A stretch of 64,000 bases of DNA from Phoronis australis (Eukaryota; Animalia; Phoronida), in NCBI GenBank assembly GCA_002633005.1, contig NMRA01000835.1, positions 62,001 to 126,000 of the forward strand. Reading direction: 5' to 3'. The position numbers and the translations under genes were made by a program. The notes below the pieces were generated by a model. That model searched no databases, was not told the DNA's origin, and saw only the letters and a program-made list of their open reading frames with translations. This document shows, one piece after another, positions 49,701-62,374 of the stretch (position 1 is the first letter of the stretch; each line of letters starts with the position of its first letter).

Positions 49701-52700
49701 GTAGGTCAATGTCGATTCCACGTCGTTAGCCGGTTCAATCACCAAACTTTCGGAAAATAGTTTAAAGTAATACAATTAATTATTATAGCAGTGTAAATAG
49801 CCCTCAGCATACAATCAGGTCTCAATCGTAACATCTGGAACAGGAATGTTAATCATATGACATTTCTGTCTCAGTTTTTATTTGCTAAATATTTTATCAT
49901 CTGCAACTCGGGCGCCGATTCCTCGGTAACTACAATATCATATATTTTCATCTTTGCTATCTCTTTTGAAGTAATGAATCGTCACATTTAAAACTGTTTC
50001 TTTAACTTGAGAAAACTTGCAGCCTAATGCGCAAGTACATACATATTGGATGTGATCTGCCACGTGGACAGTCTGAGTGAAGTATTTAAAAAATCTGCGA
50101 AAAAATGAAAAAAACTTAGGAATTCGAAGCCTATGGAATAAATACAAAACGTATCTCGATTGGCGTACATGAAGTAATATCCCACTCGACATTATTCGGT
50201 GTATCGCGTAATAATGTCTCGTGGGATATTAGTTCACGCACGCCACTCTCAGTACGATATGTGTAATACTACCGTAATCGTTCAGGTTAACGCCCATGCT
50301 CAGTTAACCGCCCATCCCCGACTTTAAGTGGATTTTCGATTTAACCGCCCACTGCTCGGTTAACCGCCCTCCCCCGATTTTTCGGATTCGCCAATTTAAC
50401 CGCCCAGGGCGTTAACCCGAACGATTACGGTATGTACAACTAGTAATAACCATTGCTACCGAAAACACCGAAATTATCTCAAACCAATCTTCAACAGATC
50501 CAAAATTAAATAAACGTGCACACTATACCAGTCTTTTGAATCAAACATTCCTACACCTAAAACTAATAGGGTCATCCCGAAATAAGCTGTTCTAATCTGG
50601 TAGTTAAAAGCACAGGTCGCACAATGATAGTGCTGCTGTCAAAGGTGGCGCCACAGTCAATGTTGGTCACATCACCACAATGGGTAACAAAAGAAAGCTG
50701 AACAAGCCATGAATTTACAACTAGTTGTCCAACTTGCGTAAACCTTATCGTGTTAGTACCAAAACTCGCTACAAGAAACACATTATCTGTCTTCCAAATG
50801 ATAAAACGTAACACTTCTCGATTTCGGGATGAGATTTTGTAAGGTTTCATGCAAAAAAAATGTGACTATGTGAGAAACACTTCTTCAGAAATTGTTGACA
50901 GTCTATTAAGAATAAAATTTGTTTAGTACCACTTGTCATAAGAAGTGTTTCTCATTTAGTTCCAACCACCAGTTTGTAAAATAAAAGATTGTAGGATGAT
51001 ACGAACACCATTTGACATTAAGCGATGTACCTGAGCATCTGTTTATGAATATTCCCAGAGGTGAGGACTAAAGAACAAAATCACGAGTAAAATTAAAATA
51101 TGATTATGTTAGACTGCCAACAACTGAGCTCAGTCCTGACATATATCACGCCACTTAAGTAATGGAACCATTGGTGAAGGGTTTTAAAACGAAAACCCAA
51201 AGTTCCTAATTTCACATAGACTACACTAAGTTCATGAATTGCTCTTGAAACAAGATTTGCCATCGCATTAAGGATCAGCTTTATTCGAGCTTACTTGAAT
51301 TTATCAATAGATTTGAAGAGTTCAAATCCCTCCGAGTCAAAAATGAAACAGAATACTTAGTGATACTCATCAAAACAGCTGAAGATGATTTACAGCTATT
51401 TGTGAGTTACTGTATTTTAAATCAAAATTATACAAACTCATCTTGCACCTTCAACCACCAGAAAAAAGTATTGACTTAGAATAACACAACCTTGTAAAAA
51501 GGTAATGCTACACGGCAAAGGAGAAGAAGCTGGAATGAGGTAAAACTTGGGAAAACATAATGTAAAATGTAGAAATGCTTATTACAAAACACATGATATT
51601 CATATGACTGTAAAGGAGATGAGTATTTCGGAGTAAAGAAATATTTCATTGTGAAAAGAATCTAATGAAAACTCATAATGTAAGAGCAAGAGCATCATTC
51701 AAGTATAGTAGAAAATGTTGAGATGTATTGTTCAAGAAGACCATCAACATAAAGCATCATACCTAAGGAAATCCATTTTATGCGTGACTTTGACTAGATG
51801 AAATTAATAAGCAAAGTGCAATGATTGGAGCAAATAACAAGTATTCAGCAGTCCGTTCTTACATGCAAATCAACAGAACACTGCTAGTATTGATAAGCTT
51901 TGCAGACACACCAGTTCAGATCATTGCACAAGTGCACATGCTACCCAACATTTTTCAGTAATGTTATCTATTGTGTTTACCTATACTCACGAAATAAAAT
52001 TTTTAAAATGAATTGGGTGACATATTGGAACACCCATAGACCAAAAAAAATTAATTATGAACTTCAGGCTTTCCACTTAATGAATTGTGTCCTTTGTGAT
52101 GCATAGGGACACACTTAAAAGGTTCTGCACAAAAAGAAAGTTGTTAACACTCAGCGATAGACAACAGCTATCTATCACATGTGAACTATTGCCCCTGCTT
52201 AGCACTAGTCAAGTATTAGCTTAAACTACTGACAAACTAAATAGTTAGTAATGGAACTGCTAATGATACACATGCACGTCAGTCAACGTTAAGCCACTGA
52301 AATTCTCACTCTAACAACCAATGCAGAGCTTGACTTACCCGTGATACTGTGGCGGCTCCGGAGCTCTGTACGAGGGGGGCTTTGAATGAGGCCCAGGGTA
52401 ACCCCTGCTGTGGTTTAGCGACTCATCTGCGTGCTGCTGTGCGTATTGATTTGGGCGTGGTGCATCGACATATGCATGATACCCACCTCTATAATCACCA
52501 TAACCATTAGCAGGCTGCATATTGGGCCCGCGGTACTCATCTTGGGGGTAGTATGGTTCGGGTTTGGTGGAGCGGGGGTAATCGCCACGAGTGTTGTAAC
52601 CGCCGTTGACGTTACCCCCCTGACTGACCCCTTTTAGTTTGTGCTGGTCAAGTCTGCATGCAAAGAAACAGGAGAAGGGAAATCAGTAAAGTAAAGACAC

Positions 52701-55700
52701 TGGGATCCAAGGATAGGATACATCCATGCACTATTCTACAAAACAAAACAGACAAGACACACTAGTAAGGCCAATCGAAGTCCACAATATTCAGTCTACA
52801 GATTCAAGACATTTCTTATCACTTACAAAGGTATCACACACTGTAGGTGTTCAGAGGGCTGGTAATCTGTCAGTACAATTAGGAAGTACTTTGAATTTTT
52901 TGTCAAAGCATTCTGGAGAATAGCTTGTGCTAAGAAAGTGCGATTTTGAGTTAGCACCTTAGTTTGGAGATGACATACAATGGCTCAATGATCACCAAGG
53001 TTTAAAAAAGAGTGGAAATTTTACCAATCAAGCATGGAATGCAGCTGGTCAATATCCGAGTCAAGTCTGAAATCAAGTTTAATGTTCTAGGTTGAAAAGA
53101 CAGCACTCAACACTGACTTCACGGACTTCCGCTTTTAGCCTTCACAATCAACTACTTACTTTTAAAGTTATGTAGGCCTGTATCAGCAAGTCTTAGCATT
53201 CGCATACTCAAGAAAGTACATATGTTCCGAAAGCAAAAAGACTGGATAATTGTATGTTTTACTTATACAAATCTGGCATCGACTAGGTCACATGACCTTG
53301 TTTTTTGAGTAAAAGTTAGCAAAAAAAGAAACTAGGTACCATCATTGCAGAATAAAGGTGTGAAAAACAAGACCAGATTTCGCTTAATATATTCAAATCT
53401 TAAAAATGCTTTCCCAGTTTTCTAACTTAACATTTCATTTTTGTTTTAAGAAACATTTCAGATTATCCACAAAAAATCATTGAAGTCCTACTTTTGAAAG
53501 CCTCTCAGTACATAAAGCACAGAATCTGAATGTTTCGTATTGATCCAACCAGCCACTTTTTGAGATATGCCTTTCGGATGTTGGCAAATTTAGACATTTT
53601 CTTAGGGTCATGCATAACCTTATAAGTAAATGATATTTCTAAATAATATGGGGTTTTCCTCATTTTCTGTAATAAAACCAGTTTGGCAAGGATGGGTTTT
53701 GTAGATAGACTTCATTAAATGTGCACTTCAATCATACCTAAAAACAACTATAGCTATTGTGAGTGCGTTTGACTGAATATTAAAAGGATTCGTCAATGCG
53801 ATTTTCATACAGTGACGAAACAACAACAAAGTTAAAGGAGTTGGAAGCGTACGTTGCCATGGCCACAACATATCACGGATGGGACATTCACTAGAAAGCT
53901 GAAACACTAAGACAAGATGCATCAAACCACAGTCATTAAGACAACTCACCAATGAATATCACAAACAAAACACAAAGACAGTAGTTGAGTTTTGTTCAAA
54001 ATGTTGACTATTTCATAACGAGCACAATTACAAAACATGTTAATTACACCACTGAGAACCAATGGGTATATTGAAAAGTTATTAAGTTAAATATAAATTA
54101 GGCTTCTTAGAATAAATCTATGCCATTCATCAGCATAGTAAAAGGTTTTCACAATGAAGTTTCTTGGATAGAATTTTATTACAAGGAAAAAGGAGTTAAA
54201 TAATGGGGCATTCACATATTACTGGAGAGAGGAGGAAGGGTTCAAAAAAATGATAACTTATGACAGCGGGAGGGGGTTCGACTCACAGTGACATTGTCGT
54301 GTGGTTTATAAGAATATCTCCATTACAGTAGATATAGTTAGGAAATAGGTTCACCTTCCATGGGAATTGACTATTGATTCCAAAACCAGAACCTGCCATT
54401 TCATGCTTCCAAGATTTGATCATATTTCAGTAGACTTGATTAAACATGTACACAACAGCAGACCCATTCCATCCCTGCCTAAATGGGGGGAGGGAGGTAG
54501 GTTGGCTGTGATGACGTAATTAGAGGCTAGACAGGGAGAGGGCTTATATCATGATGAGGGGTGATGATGGAAGGGTGAGGGGAGATAAAAAAAATGGCAA
54601 ATTTTGTATGACGTAATATATAGGAATGTTCCTTAATGCTCCTTTACAATCATTATCAAACGTTTGCAGTCTCCACACAATACTAACAACATTAACCAAG
54701 GCAATTCACCCTTGTAAGTAAAATTAGACGGAACAAACAGAAAAGTAATATGGAGGTGTAACAAGGAAGTAACATGCACTTGACCGGTGCTAAGCAAATG
54801 AAGAACTTCCATAGAGCAACAAATGGAAAGAGGGACAACGTGGGACCAATGACCACATTTAGCACAAAGATTACAGTATGTCGCAGTGGTGAGCCTCAGT
54901 TACGGACTTAGGTTTAGATCAAGTGCTTGTTGACAAACAGGGCCTTGCATAAAGGATCTCTCACCTTTGGTGCTCAACCTTAACTTGAATGTGAGAAAAG
55001 ATCTGTGTAAATCAATGGAGGTAATGTATCCTGGGACTAATGCAAAGTACTACTGAGCCATGAAGAGGCTATTCTTACTAAAACACGTCAACATAAAAAA
55101 CCTGGTTGTGCACTAAAGCACATGAGCCTGATGGTGGACATCATCTTAATAAAATGAAGAAACTTTGGTGGGAAACAGGGGATATGCAAACTTTAGATGT
55201 TTTGCACATAAACGAAGTTACGCCAACCACAGCTAATTGGTGCCAAGAGTCATTGGTCCCACGTGGCCAGCCAGGATTACTCCACAAAGTTCCCATCCAT
55301 ATAATCACCCCGAATTCATCTACAAGTTACAGCCCCAGGACCTCCCATAATAAAAAGCAACACTGGAATTTTTATGTCATGCTGTCGAGCACACTAAATG
55401 CTTACAGTAACATATAAAGCAGATTAAAAACCAACCATAGATTTCATATATAAACGGAGGTACTTAAAATGGCATTACTGTCTCTAAGTTTCAGGAAATG
55501 TATTTTAACATTTTTCACTACCATCGGTCATCGGATATTCTACTAAGACAAAAGACTACTAAAGACTCTACAAGAGCAAACAGTTTTTTCACAAATTGGA
55601 AAGAGTGAACACTAAGGACACGACCACAAACACACGCATTATGATTTCTAAGTGATATGCATTATTTCAACAAAAGAATACAAATTTGCAATGAAGTAAT

Positions 55701-58700
55701 TTTTTGAATTAAAATAGAATTAGCACTAGATGAATGAGAACATTGAACTTGAACAATGTGCATAAAACAAATTTCAGGGTAACATTACCATCTGACTAAT
55801 AAAATACACAGTGTTACGGTAACTTGAGTGACTGGAGAATTACAAACACTCACCTGTCCAGTGGAATTGTGTCACCTGGGTTCACTCCCTCGTAGTCGTC
55901 ATAATCACTGAAAGTATGCAACAAAATATCAAGCAAAAATCAACAATAAGTAAGAGTTCCAACCAATATTAAAAAAATCTTTATTATCAATGTGTTACTT
56001 TTCGGTGGAAAAGCTTTTACCACAAGTGTTTAAACAAAACCAATGAAACCAATGGCCAAAAATATCCAAAGCACATATTTTATAATTTGTTTCACTTATA
56101 GGGCTTTAATGTTCACTTCAAAATACTTTTGAACACACAAAGTCCTCATCAACAGTTGATCTTGCAACAGTAATTAAAACTAGAGCTTACACTCCGCCTA
56201 ACTGCGACGGGTCGTACTTCTCCGTCCGTCTGTACAGACCCACTAGGTTCACGGCCAGAACAATACATGGTATAAAGAAGAAGAGACACCAGCCGAAGCA
56301 GTACCAGAAACCATTCTACAAGAAACAATGCAGGCTAGCCAATCGTCATCACTAACAAACTGAACAGTTTATAGTCTTCTTTTCTCTTAATGACATTCTT
56401 TTCTCACAGGCTATATTTCTTTTCCCAGGCACAGCAGTAGGCCTGTCCTGAAATAGCACAGCACCACTCCCATTCTAAGGCACTTACCCACAATGCAACA
56501 AACGTGTAAAGCACTTGCTGTTGTCATTATCTAGTTTCCTAATCATATGCAATTCATCATGAAATGCAGGCAAACTTATACAAGACCTAATGCATTTTGA
56601 CTTGAAATGCAGAAACCAAGAAATTGTATGCATTTCCGTTATTAATGAACATGGGAATGCCTGAGTAGGTCAGTCATGCAATATATTTGTCAACCACCAC
56701 CAAACAGAAATATTCAATAGAGGATGGGTCCATTTTTTTCTTAAACACATTTCTTTCTTGACAAACCACAGTTGCATCCTCAGGAGTATTTGATAACGTA
56801 AAGCCCTTGCCAGACACTAGCACTCAGAAATCTTGGCTCAAGCAACAGACATAAAAACTGTGTTTAACTAGTTGAATAATTCAACATTCCACCGCCTTCG
56901 ACCAATCATTTCAGGGGGCGACCATATAGCTAGTGTCCACAAGTACAGTGGTGAACTTACTTGTGGAACTGTAGCCTGACTGTTGCAGTATATAGTTTTA
57001 CTCAACCACACTTTTCCACTTTAAAAAGGAACTGTGGTTCATGAGAAAAGACACATGCTTTAAACATTGTAAGAAAAATGTTAACATATCCCATACAATC
57101 TTCACCAACTTAAAGGCATTCACTGTAATTTCAATGTTCATTTCAATCATAATATGCAAATCAAAGTCTTACAAATGGCTCCAGCACATAGACACAGGCA
57201 CCATCTATTACATGATTGAGAGCATCATAAATAGGTCGACACTTTCCGATGTCCTTTCTTATCTGTAAAAGAGAAAATCCAATAAAACTTGAGAAGCTAA
57301 GTGGACAGAGCCCCATTTGAAGTTCAGTCATCCAAAAATTTAAAACTATTAAGTACACTGCACAACATTTTATAGACTTCAAGAATATGTTGAGCCCCTT
57401 AAGAGGGGATGAGAGGAAGTACTCAGATACTAGTTAAACAATATCAAAGCAAATACATTGTTAAAGAAAAATAAATAAAACATACCCTCATCTTCAACCC
57501 ACTAGCAAAAGACTCCACAGACTTTTCGACTTCGCCAGTAGTGTTTTTTACTTTCTGCAAAAAACAAAATTCAAATTAAACAAAATAACACTGGCACATA
57601 TGGAACCTCACAAATGAATTTACCTTTAGAAAACATCCTTCTTTACTCAATGTTTACTGAACTCTACATTCCATTTGCACTTGGTGATTTCAAACCATAG
57701 ACTTCAAGTTTTCACCTTTCCAATCTCACCTCAGGTGTAAAAGCAAATGACAACTGTGCCAAACATATTAAACACAAGTTATATTTTCAAGCAAACACTT
57801 GATTGATTACAACTCCTTAGTCACCAAGTACATTCTAAACTGGTGGTAACCCGTTGGTGCTTACTAATTTTTCTTCCTTCTAAAACCGAGTACTGTCACA
57901 TTGAGAAAGCGGCGATTTCACAAATTAGAAACAAAATTTTGCCCCTTGCCTAGAGAATGAAGCCAGGCCTGAACTGATATTCTAATCTTTTACATATTAA
58001 CCTTGCAGAAAAGGTGTTTTATGCAACTAAGACAACATTGAACACCAGTGGCCGTAACTAACAACAAATTTGTAACAAGTACGTGCATCAGAGTCAACAG
58101 TCACGATAAACTCAATACATGACAGACGTGCAGTTCTTACTCTCTCACATTCTCTGGAGACCTCTAATGAGTGCCCTTTTTGTGAATAATACAAAGTTTA
58201 AGTGATAAAACCAGAGTGCGTCGAGCTCTCACCTGATTCACATATGTAGTTCCGTTGTTGTTCACGCTGCTTTCTGCCTTTTTAATTCCCTCAAGCAAAT
58301 TGTCAGTTTCAGACTGAAAAATAGTCACCAAATGTGTGAATCTTGCCAACTAAAACCAGCCAAACGCAAATTTTATGTCTTGTGGTCTGAACTGTATTCA
58401 GCAGAAATCGATATTGAAGTACGTTGACAACATGTTCTATGAGCTATCGTCTTCACCCGACACATAGAACACAGTCGTTTCTTATGCGTTTTTAAGGACA
58501 TTTGTAAGCAGGGTTACCCAAAAAGACTGAAATCAACAAAGAAAGTAACCATACTTTCAGAACATTTACATGACTCCAACTTCAACCTTTCTGCCTTAAA
58601 AAGATCAATCAACAAATAGTTAAAATGAGTTAAACAGTCATCCATCAGTTCTGGTCTCACAACAAGCCAAAAAGCTTTATAAAACAATTTGTGTCAAACT

Positions 58701-61262
58701 TACGCAATGATTTTATATAGATTATCCATGTCACAAATGTACATCAATGTCCGACTTTGGAGCCTTTATTTCAGGAATGTTTCCTGCTCTTCCATGTGAG
58801 CATTTATGAAGCAGAGTAACAGTCAAATCGAAATTGTTTAAAGATACAAAGTGATTATTATCAAAGCAGTCTATACCTTAATGTCAGCACTTTTCTTCAC
58901 TTCATTTGTTGCTGTTTCCAATTCGTCCTGAAAAGAAAGACATGTTCAGAGTACAATTTTAGAAAGAGACTGTACATTTTATTCGAAGATGGGTATTATT
59001 TTTATTATTCATCCAGGTGAATAACCAGATGAGAAGAAACTAGAAATCACAACTTCTGGAATCATAAAATAAATTTCCCAATGCTGCAGATCTGCCTCTC
59101 TCCTTCTAGTGGAAATGACTGGTTCATGCGAAAAATTCTGTCACCCTCTGACTGGTGTTCACATAAAACAACTGCAAGGCCATGGGGCCCGTTCCAAGAA
59201 AACTGACTTACCTAACATACATCAAAAATTTCAGCCAATTTTAGAACATAACTTAAAATTTGTCTCTAGTCTGTTTCAAGAAAGAAATCTCAAGTTTGAC
59301 TTATCAAAAGTTTTTGACTTGAGTTTCCTCTTAATTTTGACTATGATACCGGATGTGGAAGTTTCAATGTTTGAAGTTAAAGCAAATCTTAGAGACCGAA
59401 GCCAAAAATGAACTTAAGATAGTTTCTTGGAATGGTTCCCTGGACCATCAGCCAGACAACTTAAATCTGACATGTCTGTGTCTATTTAAGGAGTGGCGCT
59501 TGACTTTATCTCAGACATCTTCTCTGACACCTCGTTCAAACCAGTATCCTCACATCTACACATTTTATTGTTATGGACAGCACAAAAAACATCAAGATTT
59601 AGCAAATATGACTGTTTTTAAATAAATACAGTAAGGTCAACAAAGAGTGAGACTGGGTGGCAGTGTAACTTACAACTTTCCCCTCCATTGTCTTCACTTG
59701 ATTTTCTTGTATTTGTCCAAGGGTGACAGCACTGTCAGTGAGATTGATCTGTGGAAAAGAGGCAAAATTACCCAGGATTCAAAGGACACATACTATCGTT
59801 CAATGTGCCGCGTAACATTGCTTAAGCTACAATCATTTACCACTAGTTAAAACTAAGTCAACACTACCACTTCATGTTGTTCAATATCAGTACATAACAC
59901 CAACTAAGACTCTTCTTTTGTAGTACACAGCAGCACTTAGAACATGGGATGTGTTAACAGAAGTCTAGGGATGACACCGCAGCAAAATGTTGGCCGACTC
60001 TTTAACAGCTACTCCATAACAAGGGTTGGCAAGGATGTGGCATTATCCTCAGTGGGCAATTTGCTCTCCAAGTGGGCAGGGGGCATCAGCAAAGTAGTAT
60101 TGTTTCAGATAAATTTTATTACTTGGTATAATTGTCTTGGGAACCCATTTTTCGGGTCGTAAAGATATTGTGTTGATTTGACTTTTGATCACCTTGTTGC
60201 CATTCCCCTATCAATTATGTGGAAGAGAGCCCCCTTAGAAAAAGACTGGCCTCGCAAAACAAATTCCCCCACTTTGTGTCTATCTAGCAATTCATAAATA
60301 AACAATATTGACAACAAAATTTTATTAATTTCCACATTGTGCTGAAAGCATTTTGACAATTTCTGAATTGTGTTTCACAGGTGGGAGATTAAATAGAGGT
60401 GAGAATTTTTTCAGAAAACAAAAAACCTCCAATCGTCCTTTCCAAAGTGGGCATTTCTAGTGAACTTGCAGAATGGAAACTACATGTTTTTTCTAAAAAC
60501 ATTTTGTTCAAGTACTGTGCTGCAGATATAAAACAGTAAAAACATGAGAAAAATTAATGAATAAAAGTGACCACTGTAGAATACGATACTTACACCGGTA
60601 GTTGTTGAGAAAGTTGTTAAGTTATTAGCAAAAGCATTCAAGTCAATCTTGGTTATCTCTTGCCTAGCCTGTAAATAAAGTAACGTTTAGAATCTGTTAT
60701 ACACAGAAAACAGAAACTGGTTTAAACTGAAATGTTTCCACTCAAAATACGTTGAACAGTTAGCATCTAGCAATTTACAGTTGTTAAACATTCGAGGCTA
60801 AACAAAATTGTAGTTGTAAACTGATACAAGAGTTAAAGCAAAATAAAATCTGCAAATAAACTCAAATTAATAAATTGAAGAATGTGTTTTTGTTAGTATA
60901 TATCTCAATCGGTCAAAAACATTTTGAAAATAAAACACATGTTCTAAAGCTAAAGTAGCATATTACAAAAAACCAATGGAGAATTTGGAACTCCCATGTT
61001 TAATAAAACTCCATTATATTTATAAAAATCACAAAGATGTAATTCATTCTGTCACTTATTATCTAGCCCTGCAAAATAATACTTACTACATTTAGTGCCA
61101 CATACAAGCCAAGTATCCTACCTCGTTCAAAATTTTTGAGGTGTTGATATTGTCCAAGCTGGAGTTTCCAAGGTCTCGCAGCTGTTCTTCCAACTGTGGA
61201 GTGAGTATCTGGATTTGCGGCAGGTTGATAGAAATGTCGAACGCCCCAGTCAGGTTGTATTT
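46712..61262 (-). CDS. PROM1: Prominin (CD133-like) pentaspan glycoprotein, 3' partial (upstream exons lie beyond the window)
   Basis: In-frame exons 61262-61122, 60668-60594, 59748-59674, 58927-58877, 58313-58233, 57554-57486, 57262-57173 (IRKDIGKCRPIYDALNHVIDGACVYVLEPF), 56315-56191 (NGFWYCFGWCLFFFIPCIVLAVNLVGLYRR, the last TM helix), 55907-55854 and 52653-52339, plus a probable terminal exon 46739-46712 (NRYGGQRW*). The C-x-P...C...P-x-N-x-F-W motif followed by the TM helix is the prominin signature. The terminal exon is less certain, because unspliced read-through stops at 52335-52337. Confidence 0.85.
48805..49108. mobile_element. Fold-back (inverted pLTR-like) Penelope/retrozyme-type element with two hammerhead motifs
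   Basis: Arms 48805-48926 and 48970-49108 are reverse complements with few mismatches and one 17-nt indel, separated by a 43-nt spacer. Flanked by the direct repeat ctgaggtata (48759-48768 and 49109-49118). Confidence 0.8.
49007..49048 (+). ncRNA. Minimal type I hammerhead ribozyme motif
   Basis: cac-CTGACGA-t-ggccag[agaagaga]ctgacc-GAAAC-GTC-gtg: conserved core CUGANGA/GAAA, stem II hairpin, palindromic mini stem III (ACGT) and cac/gtg stem I. Predicted cleavage after GUC at 49045. Confidence 0.7.
50272..50430. mobile_element. 159-bp MITE derivative of the 10691-11881 family
   Basis: TA|ccgtaatcgttcaggttaacgccc ... gggcgttaacccgaacgattacgg|TA, with the same ttaaccgccc subterminal repeats. 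Confidence 0.88.
53164..53620. mobile_element. Roughly 460-bp MITE of the same family, copy 2 (inverted)
   Basis: aagttatgta ... tagggtcatgcataacct; shares the internal ggtcac(a/g)tgacc palindrome with the 29496-30008 copy. Confidence 0.55.
54205..54632. mobile_element. Degenerate MITE with G-rich interior
   Basis: Imperfect TIRs ggggcattcacatattac / gtaatatataggaatgttcc, with internal tgacgtaa and G-run repeats. Confidence 0.5.
59185..59439. mobile_element. PIF/Harbinger-like MITE, copy 1
   Basis: gggcccgttccaagaaaactgactta ... ttaagatagtttcttggaatggttcc imperfect TIRs; homologous to 61534-61778. Confidence 0.7.
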
Positions 61263-61533
61263 CTACAACAAACTGTTATCTTGAGTACAACAATAATATG
61301 TAGATTACATATCAGACAAACAAGTGATAACTTTTAAACAACAATGAATAAAATGAAAAACACAAAAACCTCATATCATGAAATGAAATTCTAAAACTGT
61401 ACGCATGATACAATTTTTGGTGAACAGCAAGAGACCTGAAGTAACTATTCTATCACATCATTTTCACTATCAATTCATATACTGAATCCTTTCATTCATT
61501 TTTTCAATAAATTCAAAAAGACATAGCGACCAG

Positions 61534-61778
61534 GGGCCCGTTCCAAGAAAACATACTAAGCTAAGACAAATGTTAAATTTCAGTCAAAACTTAAATTTGT
61601 CTCAAGTTCATTTCAAGAAAGAGAGCTTATGTTTAACTTAAGTTTTTGGCTTTAGATTTGTCTTAATTTTGACTATAAACTCAATGAAATAGGTGTTTAA
61701 GTTTCAAAGTTTGAAAGCTGAGACAAATTTTAGACTTGAGTAAAAAAACGAACTTAAGTCAGTTTCCTGGAACGAGCC
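61534..61778. mobile_element. PIF/Harbinger-like MITE, copy 2
   Basis: gggcccgttccaagaaaac ... ttaagtcagtttcctggaacgagcc; internally AT-rich and palindromic like copy 1. Confidence 0.7.
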
Positions 61779-61853
61779 TAATTTAAAACTTTAACCACTT
61801 TCAACAAAATAACTTTCATAAAATCTCTGCTCTTACCCAAAATTAGTTCATCT

Positions 61854-61978
61854 TTTAAAGGCACTGTGATCACCACCATTTAAAGGCACTGTGATCACCA
61901 CCATTTAAAGGCACTGTGATCACCACCATTTAAAGGCACTGTGATCACCACCATTTAAAGGCACTGTGATCACCACCA
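61854..61978 (+). repeat. Perfect minisatellite, 5 x 25 bp (tttaaaggcactgtgatcaccacca)
   Basis: Five identical consecutive units are directly visible. Confidence 0.95.
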
Positions 61979-62374
61979 TGAAAAGATCTAACCCTTCTAG
62001 AGCACATGTTTTTTTAACATCATTAGGCATGATGAAATCAAAGGAATGAAAAGATTCAGGATGCTTCACACTCCAAGTGGTTGCAAAATGCTTCACATTG
62101 AATCCTTTTTAAAATCATTCTAATTGCATAGTTTTAATGGTTTATACTAAATGACTGTCCTTGGAACACAATTCTTCTTGAGGACTTGTAAAACACATTA
62201 AAATATGATATTCAAAGGTATCCAAATAAGTAGGACAAATTTTGCTTTTATACACAAATGATTTTCCACACATTCCAATCTAGTATATTTGGTAGATTGC
62301 AAACCAATATTTTAAGGTCAGTGGTCCAAAAACTAAGGCATGTTTTCATGCATACAATGACAACATTTTCATTT

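Noticed and set aside
61854-61978. Possible CRISPR array
   Set aside because: The units are directly adjacent with no unique spacers, the context is eukaryotic and there are no cas genes; it is a minisatellite.
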